Made by a program: the position numbers and the translations under genes. A stretch of DNA of 64,000 nt from a bacterium (GTDB taxonomy: Bacteria; Armatimonadota; Zipacnadia; Zipacnadales; Zipacnadaceae), in assembly GCA_030615605.1 (NCBI GenBank), contig JAUWYY010000006.1, positions 11,847 to 75,846 on the forward strand, written 5' to 3'. Of this stretch, positions 40,739 to 51,176 are shown one piece after another. Below the pieces are notes generated by a model, which saw nothing but the letters and a program-made list of their open reading frames with translations, did not search any database and had not been told where the DNA came from. How positions within the stretch are numbered: the first letter of the stretch is position 1; every line of letters starts with the position of its first letter.

Positions 40739-40801
40739 ATTGTGGAAGGTGAGCAGGGCGTAGCGGGAGGTTTCTACAAGATTACCACAAGTGCTTCTGA
40801 T

Positions 40802-41458
40802 ATGGGTGATTCTGGCCGCGGTATCCTGTTGGTGGTGTCGGGGCCGTCCGGAGTAGGCAAGGGGACGGTCATTAGTGGCTTGATGGAGCGACATCCCGAC
40901 GTTGAGTTATCGGTTTCCTGCACGACCCGACAGCCACGCGCGGGCGAGAGCGGCGAGAAGGATTATCAGTTCGTCAGTGACAGCGAATTCGAACAGATGC
41001 GCCGGTCGGGGCAACTGCTGGAGTGGGCGCAGGTCCACGGTCAGCACTATTATGGCACGCCGCGTGAGCCGGCAGAGCAAGCCCTGGCCATGGGTCGAAC
41101 ACTGGTACTGGAGATTGATTATCAGGGGGCTAAGTCGATCCGCGAGCAGCTCGGCGACCAGGCGGTGCTGGTCTTTGTCGCACCGCCCTCCTGGCAGGCG
41201 CTCATCGAGCGGCTGCGCAAGCGCCATACTGAATCACCGCAGGCCATTGTAGAGCGCCTGGCCAGTGCCCGTGAGGAAATTGAAAATATGGGGATGTACG
41301 ACTATGTGGTGGTGAACGACGAGGTGGCGGAGGCAGTCCAGCAGCTATCTGGCATCCTGCTGGCGGAACAGCAGACTACAGAGCGATTCGACTGGCGGCG
41401 GCTGCGCGGTGAGCTGCTCGCTCAAGCCGATGAGTGGGAGGGTGATCGCGGCACGTAG
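40802..41458 (+). CDS. gmk: guanylate kinase
   Basis: P-loop SGPSGVGKGT and STTRQPRAGE..G.DY.FVS motifs; start at internal ATG 40802 (the ORF-track start at 40742 adds 20 unlikely residues). Confidence 0.85.
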   Translation: MGDSGRGILLVVSGPSGVGKGTVISGLMERHPDVELSVSCTTRQPRAGESGEKDYQFVSDSEFEQMRRSGQLLEWAQVHGQHYYGTPREPAEQALAMGRTLVLEIDYQGAKSIREQLGDQAVLVFVAPPSWQALIERLRKRHTESPQAIVERLASAREEIENMGMYDYVVVNDEVAEAVQQLSGILLAEQQTTERFDWRRLRGELLAQADEWEGDRGT

Positions 41459-41473
41459 TGCTGCGAAGGAATT

Positions 41474-42724
41474 ATGAGTGAGGAACTGACCGGAGAATTT
41501 GACACGGCGTTGCAGGGACGGCGTATTGTCATCACCGTCACCGGAGGCATTGCCGCTTACAAGGCCTGCGAGCTTGTCAGCAGGCTGACGGGGGCTGGTG
41601 CCGAGGTGCGAGTGGTAATGACGGAAAATGCTCGCCGGTTTGTGGGCGAGGCTAGTTTTCGGGCGCTCAGCGGTCATCCTGTTTGCGGCGATATGTTCGA
41701 AGAGCCGGCCAGCGACGAGATAGCCCACATTTCTCTGGCGGAGTTCGCCGAGATCGTGGTGGTGGTGCCGGCCACAGCCAATATTCTGGGTAAGGTGGCG
41801 GGGGGCATATGCGACGATTTTGCGAGCACCGTCATCTGCGCGACGCGGGGGCCGGTGGTAATGGCGCCGGCGATGAACTGGGCAATGTGGCAGAACCCGA
41901 TCGTCCAGGGCAACTGCCAGAAGCTCCAGGAGCTGGGCTATCGCATAGTTGCCCCGGAGGTGGGTCGCCTGGCCTGCGGAGAAGAAGGCCCGGGACGCCT
42001 GGCCAGTCTAGGGACGATCCTGGCGGAAATCGCCGTGGCCCTGGATGAATCGCGCCGTGACTCGTCTCTGGCTGGTAAGCAGGTATTGATTACGGCCGGG
42101 CCGACGCGGGAGTATCTTGACCCGGTGCGCTTCATCAGTAATCCCTCTACCGGGAAGATGGGCCTGGCCCTGGCGCGAGTAGCTCTTGCGCGGGGCGCGC
42201 AGGTAACAGTAGTCAGTGGTCCCACTGAGTTAGAGCCTCCAGGACAGGCAGAGATGGTGGGCGTCGAAAGCGCCGCCGATATGCATCAGGCAGTGATGAG
42301 CCGCCTGGACGAGGTGGCCGTCTTCATTGGTGTTGCTGCGGTGGCGAATTTCGCGCCGCGCAGCCGTGCCGAGCAGAAGATAGCCAGTAGCGAGGAGGGT
42401 CTGGCGGTTGAACTGGCTCCGACGGCTCACATACTGGCGGATGTTGCTGCCAGTCCCCAGCGTCCCCAGATAGTGGTCGGCTTTGCGGCAGAAACCGAGA
42501 ACGTCATAGAAAGCGCACAACGCAAGCTGGTTGATAGGAACTTAGACCTGGTTGTGGCCAACGATCTGACTGTTCCGGGAGCCGGGTTTGGGACAGCGAC
42601 CAACGAAGTGACAATAGTGCGAGCCGATGGCACGATGCGCCAGGTAGCCAAATCGGCCAAGGAGCAGGTTGCCCAGGTAATTATTGACGAAATTGAGCAA
42701 CTGCTCGATCTTGACGAGCAGTAA
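41474..42724 (+). CDS. coaBC: bifunctional phosphopantothenoylcysteine decarboxylase / phosphopantothenate-cysteine ligase
   Basis: 416 aa; N-terminal flavoprotein domain (ITVTGGIAAYK, PAMNWAMW) and C-terminal CoaB domain (ITAGPTREYLDPVRFISNPSTGKMG). Confidence 0.85.
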   Translation: MSEELTGEFDTALQGRRIVITVTGGIAAYKACELVSRLTGAGAEVRVVMTENARRFVGEASFRALSGHPVCGDMFEEPASDEIAHISLAEFAEIVVVVPATANILGKVAGGICDDFASTVICATRGPVVMAPAMNWAMWQNPIVQGNCQKLQELGYRIVAPEVGRLACGEEGPGRLASLGTILAEIAVALDESRRDSSLAGKQVLITAGPTREYLDPVRFISNPSTGKMGLALARVALARGAQVTVVSGPTELEPPGQAEMVGVESAADMHQAVMSRLDEVAVFIGVAAVANFAPRSRAEQKIASSEEGLAVELAPTAHILADVAASPQRPQIVVGFAAETENVIESAQRKLVDRNLDLVVANDLTVPGAGFGTATNEVTIVRADGTMRQVAKSAKEQVAQVIIDEIEQLLDLDEQ

Positions 42725-42743
42725 CTGAAGGGAGACAAAGCAA

Positions 42744-43898
42744 TTGACTCGCAAGAGCTTCACCTTTACCTCAGAGTCAGTCACGGAGGGACATCCCGAT
42801 AAGATTTGCGACCAGATTTCCGATGCAGTATTGGACTACCTTCTGAATGAGGACCGGAATTCACGGGTGGCAGTAGAAACGTTGGTAACCACGGGGACCT
42901 GTTTGGTCACCGGTGAGATAACCACGATGGGGTATTGCCCAGTGGAGCAAGTGGTGCGCGAGACCGTGCGCGAGATCGGCTACACGCGGGCCAAGCACGG
43001 CTTTGACTACGAGACTATCGGAGTGCTGACGGCTATTCATGAACAGTCGCCGGAAATTGCTCAGGGCGTAGATATTGGGGGAGCCGGGGACCAGGGCATG
43101 ATGATCGGCTATGCTAGCAATGAGACGCCCGAATATATGCCGATGCCGATTATGCTGGCGCACAAGCTGTGCCACCGCTTAGCCAAGGTGCGCAAGACTG
43201 ACCAGCTTGACTATCTACGGCCCGATGGCAAAAGCCAGGTGACGGTTCGTTATGAAGATGACAAGCCGGTCGAGGTTGTCAAGATTCTGCTCGCTGCGCA
43301 GCATCGGCCCGATGTAGGCCAGGAGCAGCTTCGCGGCGACTTGATTGAGGCGGTGGTTCTTCCAGTCATTCCTGACGAGTTGCGCGCCGACGGTCTGGCT
43401 GACAATGTTTTTGTGAATCGCACCGGCAGTTTCAGCACGGGAGGGCCGCAGGCCGATAGTGGGCTGACCGGGCGCAAGATCATCGTTGACACCTACGGCG
43501 GTTGGGCCCGTCATGGCGGGGGTGCTTTCAGCGGCAAGGACCCCACCAAGGTGGACCGCAGCGCTGCCTATATGATGCGCTACCTGGCTAAGAATATCGT
43601 GGCTGCCGGTCTGGCTGACCGCTGCGAGGTGCATATTGCCTATGCCATCGGGGAAGTGGAGCCGTTCTCGTTCGATACATTCTGCTTTGGTACCCATAAG
43701 ATACCCGAAGAGCAGGTCACGGAGCTGGTGGCAGATAATTTTGACCTAAGCCCTAAGGGAATCATTGAACATCTCGACCTGCAACGGCCCATCTATAAAG
43801 CAACTGCCGCTTATGGCCATTTCGGTCGCGACGAGCCTGACTTCACATGGGAGCGGCTGGATGCAGTAGACCTGCTGCGGGAGAAGGCGGGACTCTGA
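42744..43898 (+). CDS. metK: S-adenosylmethionine synthetase
   Basis: Signatures GHPDK, GAGDQG, and the C-terminal hexapeptide GGGAFSGKD; TTG start with GGAGA RBS. Confidence 0.9.
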   Translation: MTRKSFTFTSESVTEGHPDKICDQISDAVLDYLLNEDRNSRVAVETLVTTGTCLVTGEITTMGYCPVEQVVRETVREIGYTRAKHGFDYETIGVLTAIHEQSPEIAQGVDIGGAGDQGMMIGYASNETPEYMPMPIMLAHKLCHRLAKVRKTDQLDYLRPDGKSQVTVRYEDDKPVEVVKILLAAQHRPDVGQEQLRGDLIEAVVLPVIPDELRADGLADNVFVNRTGSFSTGGPQADSGLTGRKIIVDTYGGWARHGGGAFSGKDPTKVDRSAAYMMRYLAKNIVAAGLADRCEVHIAYAIGEVEPFSFDTFCFGTHKIPEEQVTELVADNFDLSPKGIIEHLDLQRPIYKATAAYGHFGRDEPDFTWERLDAVDLLREKAGL

Positions 43899-43924
43899 AC
43901 AGCCCGAGCCAACAACAAGGCAAC

Positions 43925-46411
43925 TTGCTTGGCTCCGACGAGACCTATGCTCAGGTTCTTATTGACCGTGCCGCCCGCGCCGTCGATCGCCCTTTCACAT
44001 ATACAATCCCATCCCGACTGGCCGAGCGCGTTGCCATCGGCAGCCGCGTGCTGGTGCCGTTCGGCCCGCAGAAGCTGGTCGCCGATGTGGTCGGGTTCAC
44101 CGACCGGGCACCTCCGGTGAAGTTGAAAAGCATCATCAAGCTGCTTGACGAACAGCCTTTGTTTGGTGCGGAGCAGCTTGATTTGGCCCGTTGGGTGGCC
44201 CAGCGCTATTGTTGTTCGTTGCGCGAGGCGCTGCGACTGGTTACGCCGCCAGGAGTCTCGCGGTCGCGGTTTACCACCATCGCGATAACTGATGAGGGTC
44301 GACAGATCCAGCCTGAACAGTTATCGCGGGCACCGCGTCAGTCGCAGATTTTAGATCTGCTTCAGGCGATAGGTGGAGAAGATAGTCTTGATAATCTGGT
44401 TCAGCAGGCTCAACAGACCGCCGGCGGTAAGCTGTCTCGTGCGGCGGTCCTGTCGGCGGTGCGCAGCCTCGAAGAGAAGGGCTTGGTGGAAAAAAGACGC
44501 GGGCTAAGGCGTCCCACCGCCAGCCGTCGCACTCAGCAAGTCGCCCGACTGTGCAATGACGATATAGATTGGGCGCAGGTGATCGAGGAACTATCGGCGA
44601 TAGCCCCGCGCCAGGCAGAGGTTGTCCGCGCCCTCATAGAATCGGACAGGCCGATACCGGTTGCTGAGCTGTCGCGTAGTACAGTGGCGGCGCTAGCTGA
44701 CAAGGGGCTGGTGCGAGTAAGCGAGCAGCGAGTGCAACGGATTCCGGATGAGCCGGGCCTGGGTAATGTTGACGCCGAGGCCTTGCGGCCCACGCAGGCT
44801 CAGCATGAGATTCTCCAGCGCGTCTGTGATGTGATGCAGGCACGCCGCTATGAGGCGCTGCTGGTGCATGGGGTGACCGCTAGCGGTAAGACCGAGGTCT
44901 ATCTGCAGGCTATCGAGGCGGCGCGGGCCGAGGGGCGCAGTGCCATCGTACTGGTGCCGGAGATCGCGCTTACTCCGCAGATGGTAGGGCGGTTTCGGGC
45001 TCGTTTCGGAGACAGTTTGGCCCTGCTGCACAGCGCGCTGAGTGCGGGCGAGCGCTACGATGAGTGGGATCGAGTGCAGCGCGGTGAGGCTGATATCGTT
45101 ATCGGTGCTCGTTCGGCAATCTTCGCTCCTTGCCAGGATCTGGGCATAGTTGTGGTTGACGAAGAGCAAGAACACGCCTACAAGCAGGAGAGTACACCCC
45201 GTTATCTGGCTACGGCAGTCGCCGCCGAGCGGGCGCGGCGCAGCAACGCGGTGCTACTGATGGGGTCGGCCACACCATCGGTGGAAGCGTATTTCCGCGC
45301 CTGCCATGAGGACGGGCTTTCCCTCATGACCCTGCCGGAGAGAATTGACAGTCGGCCGCTTCCCCCGGTGGAGATTATTGACCTGCGCACCGAGACCCTG
45401 ATGGGCAAGGGAGGCAGCTTCAGCCAGATGATGCTGGAGGCCATCGCCGACCGGCTGGAGCGTGGCGAGCAGACTATCCTGTTTTTGAATCGCCGGGGTT
45501 TTTCGACGTTTGTGATGTGTCGTGAGTGTGGCCATGTGCTGCGCTGCCCTGATTGTGCAGTATCGCTGACCTATCATCACGGCAGCCGCAGGATGCGCTG
45601 CCATCACTGCGACTACAGCCTGCCGGTGCCCGACTTGTGTCCAAACTGCGAGGGCTACGAGATCGGATTTCATGGCCTGGGTACCGAACGGGTTGCTGAC
45701 CAGGTACAGCGGGAATTCGAGGGGGCGAACGTGGCGCGGATGGATCGGGACACCGTAAGTCGCAAGGGTGCTCACGGGGATATCCTGCGTTCGTTTGCCC
45801 GGGGGGAGGCTGACATTCTGGTGGGTACGCAGATGATTGCCAAGGGGCTCGATTTAGCGAATGTGACGCTGGTGGGTGTGTTGAACGCCGATGTCGGGCT
45901 GCACACCCCCGACTTCCGCGCGGCCGAGCGGACATTCCAGTTGCTCACCCAGGTAGCGGGACGGGCGGGACGAGCGGAAAAGCCCGGCGAGGTGCTGGTG
46001 CAGACCTACAATCCCGATCACTATGCCATCGTCACGGCCCAAAAGCACGACTATGTGGCGTTCTATGAACGCGAGATCAGAGCTCGTCGTCATAACCTGT
46101 ATCCGCCCTTTGTGGAGTTGGCCAACCTTATTTTCCAGGATGAAGACGAAGATAATGCGGTGAGCACCGCGCGCAGGGCGGCGGTTTGCCTGCAGGATAT
46201 GGGGGTTTTCTTCAAGAAAGGCGATGTCCAGTTTCTGGGGCCGGCGCCCGCGCCTTTGCACAAACTGCGGGGCCGATACCGCTATCAGATGCTACTGAAG
46301 GCGGCCGATATGGAGCGATTGAATCAGACAGTTAGGGATCTGATGGAGGCTCTGGCTGATACTGGCTCCACGCAGGTAATATGCGATGTTGAACCGATGG
46401 ATATGATGTGA
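43925..46411 (+). CDS. priA: primosomal protein N' (replication restart helicase PriA)
   Basis: Helicase motifs (GVTASGKTE, DEEQE), two Cys4 zinc motifs (CRECGHVLRCPDC...CHHCDY...CPNC). Start placed at in-frame TTG 43925 after the metK stop. The ORF-track start 43847 overlaps metK. Start uncertain. Confidence 0.8.
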   Translation: MLGSDETYAQVLIDRAARAVDRPFTYTIPSRLAERVAIGSRVLVPFGPQKLVADVVGFTDRAPPVKLKSIIKLLDEQPLFGAEQLDLARWVAQRYCCSLREALRLVTPPGVSRSRFTTIAITDEGRQIQPEQLSRAPRQSQILDLLQAIGGEDSLDNLVQQAQQTAGGKLSRAAVLSAVRSLEEKGLVEKRRGLRRPTASRRTQQVARLCNDDIDWAQVIEELSAIAPRQAEVVRALIESDRPIPVAELSRSTVAALADKGLVRVSEQRVQRIPDEPGLGNVDAEALRPTQAQHEILQRVCDVMQARRYEALLVHGVTASGKTEVYLQAIEAARAEGRSAIVLVPEIALTPQMVGRFRARFGDSLALLHSALSAGERYDEWDRVQRGEADIVIGARSAIFAPCQDLGIVVVDEEQEHAYKQESTPRYLATAVAAERARRSNAVLLMGSATPSVEAYFRACHEDGLSLMTLPERIDSRPLPPVEIIDLRTETLMGKGGSFSQMMLEAIADRLERGEQTILFLNRRGFSTFVMCRECGHVLRCPDCAVSLTYHHGSRRMRCHHCDYSLPVPDLCPNCEGYEIGFHGLGTERVADQVQREFEGANVARMDRDTVSRKGAHGDILRSFARGEADILVGTQMIAKGLDLANVTLVGVLNADVGLHTPDFRAAERTFQLLTQVAGRAGRAEKPGEVLVQTYNPDHYAIVTAQKHDYVAFYEREIRARRHNLYPPFVELANLIFQDEDEDNAVSTARRAAVCLQDMGVFFKKGDVQFLGPAPAPLHKLRGRYRYQMLLKAADMERLNQTVRDLMEALADTGSTQVICDVEPMDMM

Positions 46412-46433
46412 AGCAGTTTGTGCTGGGAAGTGA

Positions 46434-47027
46434 TTGACTGTGGCTACACCACTAATTCGGATATATGGGGACCCGGTTCTACGCACGAAGGCGAAGCAGA
46501 TTCGGCAGTTAGACGAGGCGGTCCTCAATCTGGTGGAGAAGATGGTCGCGGCAATGTGTGAAAATGAAGGTGTCGGACTGGCTGCGCCCCAGCTTGGTTC
46601 GCTGTCGCGAGTGATTGTGGTGCGGCCTGACGCCGAAGATGACACCGAGATCTTACGATTGATAAATCCTCGCATCATCGCCGCCGGCGGCAGCCAGGAG
46701 GGTATGGAGGGCTGCTTGAGCTTGCCCAGCTTGCGGGGCGAGGTCGAGCGATCCGCGCAGGTCGCAGTGGAGGCAATGACTCCCGCGGGGAAGAATATAA
46801 CGGTCGAGGCAACGGGACTGCTGGCCCGAGTCCTCGAGCACGAGATTGACCACCTTAGCAGTGTTCTGTTTGTGGACAAAGCTGCTGCCAACACGCTGTG
46901 TTGGCTGATTCCTGATTCTGATGCCGAAGAGGGTTACCGGCTGGAGGAAACCACTATTGAAGATGCCGAGCAGCGCTTCGCCCGGCTGCGGGCCAAGCGG
47001 CAGGCCAAGGGAGGAGCCCAGCAGTGA
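46434..47027 (+). CDS. def: peptide deformylase
   Basis: Motifs GVGLAAPQLG, EGCLSLP, HEIDHL; TTG start; 4-nt overlap with fmt. Confidence 0.85.
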   Translation: MTVATPLIRIYGDPVLRTKAKQIRQLDEAVLNLVEKMVAAMCENEGVGLAAPQLGSLSRVIVVRPDAEDDTEILRLINPRIIAAGGSQEGMEGCLSLPSLRGEVERSAQVAVEAMTPAGKNITVEATGLLARVLEHEIDHLSSVLFVDKAAANTLCWLIPDSDAEEGYRLEETTIEDAEQRFARLRAKRQAKGGAQQ

Positions 47028-47971
47028 GGGTAGTTTTTTGGGGGACACCCAGACTGGCAGCGCAGTATCTGTCGCCTCTGGCTGACCGTCAGGAACTGGT
47101 CGGGGTAGTGACCCAGCCAGATCGGCCTAAAGGGCGAAGTCGCGCGCCAAGTGCGCCGTCGGTTAAGCAGGAGGCTGTCAGATTGGGCTGCCCGGTACTG
47201 CAGCCCGAGGATCTGCTGGAATACGATTTTGGGGAGCAGTTGCGGGAGCTGGCGGGCGACGTTTTCGTGGTGGTAGCATATGGACGCATCCTGCCGCCCA
47301 GTATCATCGAGATGCCTGGCCAGGCAGCAGTGAATGTTCATTACTCGCTGCTGCCGGAGTTGCGAGGGGCTGCGCCAGTGCACCACGCACTGATGCAGGG
47401 CTTGACAGAGACGGGTGTTACGGTGCAATATATCACTGAAGAGCTTGATGGTGGCGACATCGTCCTGCAGCAGAGCATCACTATCGAGCCTGGTGACAAT
47501 ACAGCTACACTGACTCAGCGTCTCACCGAGGTTGGCATTTGCCTGTTGCTGGAGGCACTGGATCTAATTGCTTGCGGCCAGATCACAGCGCGACCCCAGG
47601 ACCACACGGCGGCCACTTATGCGCCCTTACTGACCAAGGAGGATGGGATTATTGACTGGTGTCGGCCGGCTCGGGATATTGTCAATCAGATCCGGGCCTG
47701 CTATCCGTGGCCGGGCAGTGTCTGCTCGCTGGGTGATCGGAGGATTAAGATAACCAATGCCAGACCCGTTGTCCAGGCAGATATTAAAGAAGGAGATTGT
47801 GGGCAGATTACCGAAATTAGGCCTGAAGATGGCTTCGTGGTGCAAGCCAAGCCGGGCGGGGTGTTGGTTACACGGTTACAGCCAGCCGGGCGGCAGGAGA
47901 TGTCGGCTGCTGACTTTCTGCGGGGAGCGCGGCTGGACAAAGGCACACGGTTTGAGTCTGTTCATGTTTGA
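47024..47971 (+). CDS. fmt: methionyl-tRNA formyltransferase
   Basis: Formyltransferase core (VNVHYSLLPELRGAAP) and C-terminal Fmt domain; follows def. Confidence 0.85.
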   Translation: MRVVFWGTPRLAAQYLSPLADRQELVGVVTQPDRPKGRSRAPSAPSVKQEAVRLGCPVLQPEDLLEYDFGEQLRELAGDVFVVVAYGRILPPSIIEMPGQAAVNVHYSLLPELRGAAPVHHALMQGLTETGVTVQYITEELDGGDIVLQQSITIEPGDNTATLTQRLTEVGICLLLEALDLIACGQITARPQDHTAATYAPLLTKEDGIIDWCRPARDIVNQIRACYPWPGSVCSLGDRRIKITNARPVVQADIKEGDCGQITEIRPEDGFVVQAKPGGVLVTRLQPAGRQEMSAADFLRGARLDKGTRFESVHV

Positions 47972-48030
47972 GTCAACAACCCACGGCAAGCTCTGATAAA
48001 ATAGCAGATCGTTGTAATGGGGAGCTCCTT

Positions 48031-48378
48031 ATGACTCAAATGTTACAGGAAGCCGATGAGTTGCGCCGCAACGGAAAGTATGAACAGGCCCGCGAGTTGT
48101 ACCAGCAAATCGTGGCCAACCAGCCTGATGAGCCGATGGGATGGTGGGGGCTGGCGCATGTGCTGATGAACCAGGGGGATTTTGAACTGGCTGGGAAGCA
48201 TTTTCGGCGGGCTGCCAAGCTGGCGCCCAACCAGCAGCGCATAATCTACGATTGGGGAATGCTGCATACTATGCTGGGCGAATTCGATGCAGCCCGCCCG
48301 TTGTTTGAGAAGACTGTGGAGATCGATCCCAGTAGCAAGGAAGGGACAGAGGCGCAGAAGCAACTGAGCTACTACTGA
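48031..48378 (+). CDS. small TPR-repeat protein
   Basis: ATG at 48031 with GGGAG RBS; about 3 TPR units (W-LA-Y, A....P pattern). The ORF-track start at 47968 overlaps fmt. Confidence 0.45.
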   Translation: MTQMLQEADELRRNGKYEQARELYQQIVANQPDEPMGWWGLAHVLMNQGDFELAGKHFRRAAKLAPNQQRIIYDWGMLHTMLGEFDAARPLFEKTVEIDPSSKEGTEAQKQLSYY

Positions 48379-48408
48379 CCAGTAACAGGCTTTGGAGTAC
48401 ACCCATAT

Positions 48409-50250
48409 ATGTCTGATTATGTCACGGTGACCTTCGAGCCGGCAGGAGCAAAGGCGAAAGTTCCTGCCGGCACTAATCTATATGAAGCTGCCCAACAGGC
48501 GGGAGTTAAGATAAGCGGCTCCTGTGGCGGCCAGGGGACTTGTGGGAAGTGCCAGGTTCACGTTACTGGAGGTATGGTCAGTGAGCCTGCCCTGCAAGAG
48601 GTGGAGCTGTTGGGCGCCCCGCTTATCGAGCGGGGCACCCGCCTGGCCTGCCAGACCCAGTTGCTCGGTAACGCCGTCGTTCGCTTGCCCAGCGCGCAGG
48701 GGGCTGTTGTCCGCAAGGCTCTGCCGGCTGAATCGGTGCGTTCGGTGCCACTTGCCCCCAACGTCCGGCGTTACGACCTTAAGATCCCTGCCGCCAGGCT
48801 CGATGATCAACGCAGCGATTTTCAGAGGTTGGCCGAGGCAATAACTGAGCAGCCCGCCAACCTGACGGCCACGGTGCAATGTCTGCGTAGTTTAGCCACT
48901 GCGTTGCGAGCTGAGGATCAAGATGTCGCGATAACTGCGGTCGGCAGCCAGGTTGTGGACGTAAGACCGGCATTGGAGCGAGCGCCCTGCCTGGGCGTTG
49001 CTGTGGACATTGGTACCTCCACGCTGGCAGTATATCTGGTGGATCTAGAGACAGGGGAGCATCTCGTCACGGCCGCCGGGCAGAATCCTCAGACACAGTT
49101 CGGCGCCGATGTTATCTCACGCATCCAGTATGCCAATAGCCACCCCGACGGCCTGACTGTGCTACGGGATGATGTGCTGACCGCTATCAATCAGTTGATT
49201 CGCCAGGCCGTGGAAGAGGCGGGCGCTGCCCTGGCTGATGTCTATGAGGCAACGATAGTTGGCAACACCTGTATGCATCATATCTTTCTGGGCCTGGAGC
49301 CGCGATACTTAGCGGAAAGCCCCTACGTGCCTGTGACCACTGAAGCGGTCAGCACGTCTGCAGATCGGCTTGGTCTGCAGATGAACCCGCGAGGCAACGT
49401 TTTTTGCCTACCGTGCATAGCCGGGTTTGTGGGAGCTGACACTGTTGGTGTGATCGTTGCCAGTGAGCTGACGCGGCGGGACCGTCCCACCCTAGCGGTA
49501 GATATTGGGACTAATGGTGAAATAGCACTATGGTCTGGTGAGCGGCTGCTGACTACCTCGTGCGCAGCGGGTCCGGCCTTTGAAGGCGCTCAAATTCACC
49601 ACGGGATGAGAGCTGCTCCGGGCGCAATAGATGAAGTGTTTGTGAACGGCGATGACCTGGCAGTACATACAATTGATGACCAGCCCGCCCGGGGCATTTG
49701 CGGGTCGGGGCTTTTTGATGCTACGGCGGTGCTATTGGAACTGGGACTGATAGATACAAAGGGACATATGGTGGATGGCGGAAGCTGTGGGACTTTGTCC
49801 GACACCGTGGCGGGGCGTGTAGCGGGCGAAGCAAACGAACGGCGTGTAGTCCTGGCCGATGCCGAGCAAAGCGCGAACAATCCAATAGTGCTGACCCAGA
49901 GGGACGTCCGCGAGATACAACTGGCCAAGAGCGCGATTCGGGCATCAACAGAGATGTTGCTTGAGATAGTCGGCTTGAAGCCGGACGACCTGGACGAGGT
50001 GCTCATTGCTGGGGCCTTCGGCAACTTCATCAATCCTGCCAGCGCTCTACGGATGGGGTTGCTTCCTGAGGTACCAGAGGGTAGAATAGTGGGGATTGGC
50101 AATGCGGCCGGGGCTGGAGCAATCCTGACGCTGGTCTCACGGCATGAGCGTGACTATGCCAGGCAGGTGGCCGAGACGGCCGAGCACATTGAGTTGTTTC
50201 GCAGTTCCGACTTTCAGGACCGATTTGCCGAGTATATGATATTTCCATAA
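48409..50250 (+). CDS. RACo-like protein: N-terminal [2Fe-2S] ferredoxin domain + C-terminal ASKHA ATPase domain (COG3894/DUF4445-type reductive activator of corrinoid proteins)
   Basis: N-terminal plant-type ferredoxin (CGGQGTCGKC ... LAC). The remainder resembles acetate/sugar-kinase-fold corrinoid activation proteins (VAVDIGTSTLAVYLVDL; VDIGTNGEIAL). 613 aa, typical of RACo. Confidence 0.65.
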   Translation: MSDYVTVTFEPAGAKAKVPAGTNLYEAAQQAGVKISGSCGGQGTCGKCQVHVTGGMVSEPALQEVELLGAPLIERGTRLACQTQLLGNAVVRLPSAQGAVVRKALPAESVRSVPLAPNVRRYDLKIPAARLDDQRSDFQRLAEAITEQPANLTATVQCLRSLATALRAEDQDVAITAVGSQVVDVRPALERAPCLGVAVDIGTSTLAVYLVDLETGEHLVTAAGQNPQTQFGADVISRIQYANSHPDGLTVLRDDVLTAINQLIRQAVEEAGAALADVYEATIVGNTCMHHIFLGLEPRYLAESPYVPVTTEAVSTSADRLGLQMNPRGNVFCLPCIAGFVGADTVGVIVASELTRRDRPTLAVDIGTNGEIALWSGERLLTTSCAAGPAFEGAQIHHGMRAAPGAIDEVFVNGDDLAVHTIDDQPARGICGSGLFDATAVLLELGLIDTKGHMVDGGSCGTLSDTVAGRVAGEANERRVVLADAEQSANNPIVLTQRDVREIQLAKSAIRASTEMLLEIVGLKPDDLDEVLIAGAFGNFINPASALRMGLLPEVPEGRIVGIGNAAGAGAILTLVSRHERDYARQVAETAEHIELFRSSDFQDRFAEYMIFP

Positions 50251-50346
50251 GACGAGAAGGTATTACCCAGGCAGGCAACGAACCTGCTGGCTGTTGAGCA
50301 GCAGGCAATTTCCAAGACACGTCTACTCGTAATAGGAGGATGACCG

Positions 50347-50985
50347 ATGGCAGATCTACAAGTCCTAGCAGAAGCAGTAATCAATGGGGATCGTGACGAA
50401 GTTGCGCGCATTGTTCAGGAGGCGGTTGCCGAAGGAGTCGGTCCCGGCTCCATCGTCAACGAGGGTCTTGTTGTGGGGATGGATGAGGTGGGCCGCAGGT
50501 TCAAAGCCAATGAGTTCTATGTCCCAGAGGTGTTGATTGCCGCCCGAGCGATGCACGCGGGTATGGACATTGTCAATCCGTTGCTGGCTGAAAGCGGCAT
50601 CGAGCCGCGCGGTCGGGTGCTGATTGGCACGGTCCAGGGCGACCTGCACGACATTGGCAAGAACCTCGTTGCGATGATGCTGGAAGGTGGAGGCTACGAG
50701 GTTATTGATATGGAGGTGGACGTCCCGGCTGACCAGTTCGTGGCGGCAGTTAACGAACATTCGCCGAATGTCCTAGCCATGTCGGCGCTGTTGACCACAA
50801 CGATGCCGGCGATGAAGGATACAATTGAGGCGTTGGATGCTGCCGGCGTCCGCCAGCAGATCAAGATTATGATCGGCGGGGCGCCGGTTACTCAGGATTA
50901 TGCCGATGAGATCGGCGCTGATGGGTATGCCCCGGATGCGGCCTCGGCTGTTGATTTGGCCGCGGATCTTATGAGTGCGGGCTAG
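50347..50985 (+). CDS. cobalamin-binding corrinoid protein (B12-binding cap + Rossmann domain)
   Basis: DLHDIGKNLV (DxHxxG) ... MSALLTT (SxL) ... IMIGGAP (GG) B12-binding signature preceded by a helical B12-binding_2 cap; AGGAGGA RBS. Confidence 0.75.
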   Translation: MADLQVLAEAVINGDRDEVARIVQEAVAEGVGPGSIVNEGLVVGMDEVGRRFKANEFYVPEVLIAARAMHAGMDIVNPLLAESGIEPRGRVLIGTVQGDLHDIGKNLVAMMLEGGGYEVIDMEVDVPADQFVAAVNEHSPNVLAMSALLTTTMPAMKDTIEALDAAGVRQQIKIMIGGAPVTQDYADEIGADGYAPDAASAVDLAADLMSAG

Positions 50986-51078
50986 GCAATTCCGCAGGCG
51001 ATCCGCGATGGAACCACTACTGGGGGTGGCAGTGCCCGATATTCTCCGCTAGGGCGGTGGTCATATCCGTGTGACGAG

Positions 51079-51104
51079 CCGCAGCTACGGTTATGTAGCT
51101 GCGG
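51079..51104 (+). terminator. hairpin CCGCAGCTAC-ggttat-GTAGCTGCGG downstream of the corrinoid gene
   Basis: Perfect 10-bp stem with 6-nt loop about 95 nt after the stop; no U-tract. Confidence 0.3.
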
Positions 51105-51176
51105 CGTCGGCTAATAGTGCTGATGAATGCTGAAACGATGAACGGTGGCAATAAAACAGACAAAGGACGATCTGTT

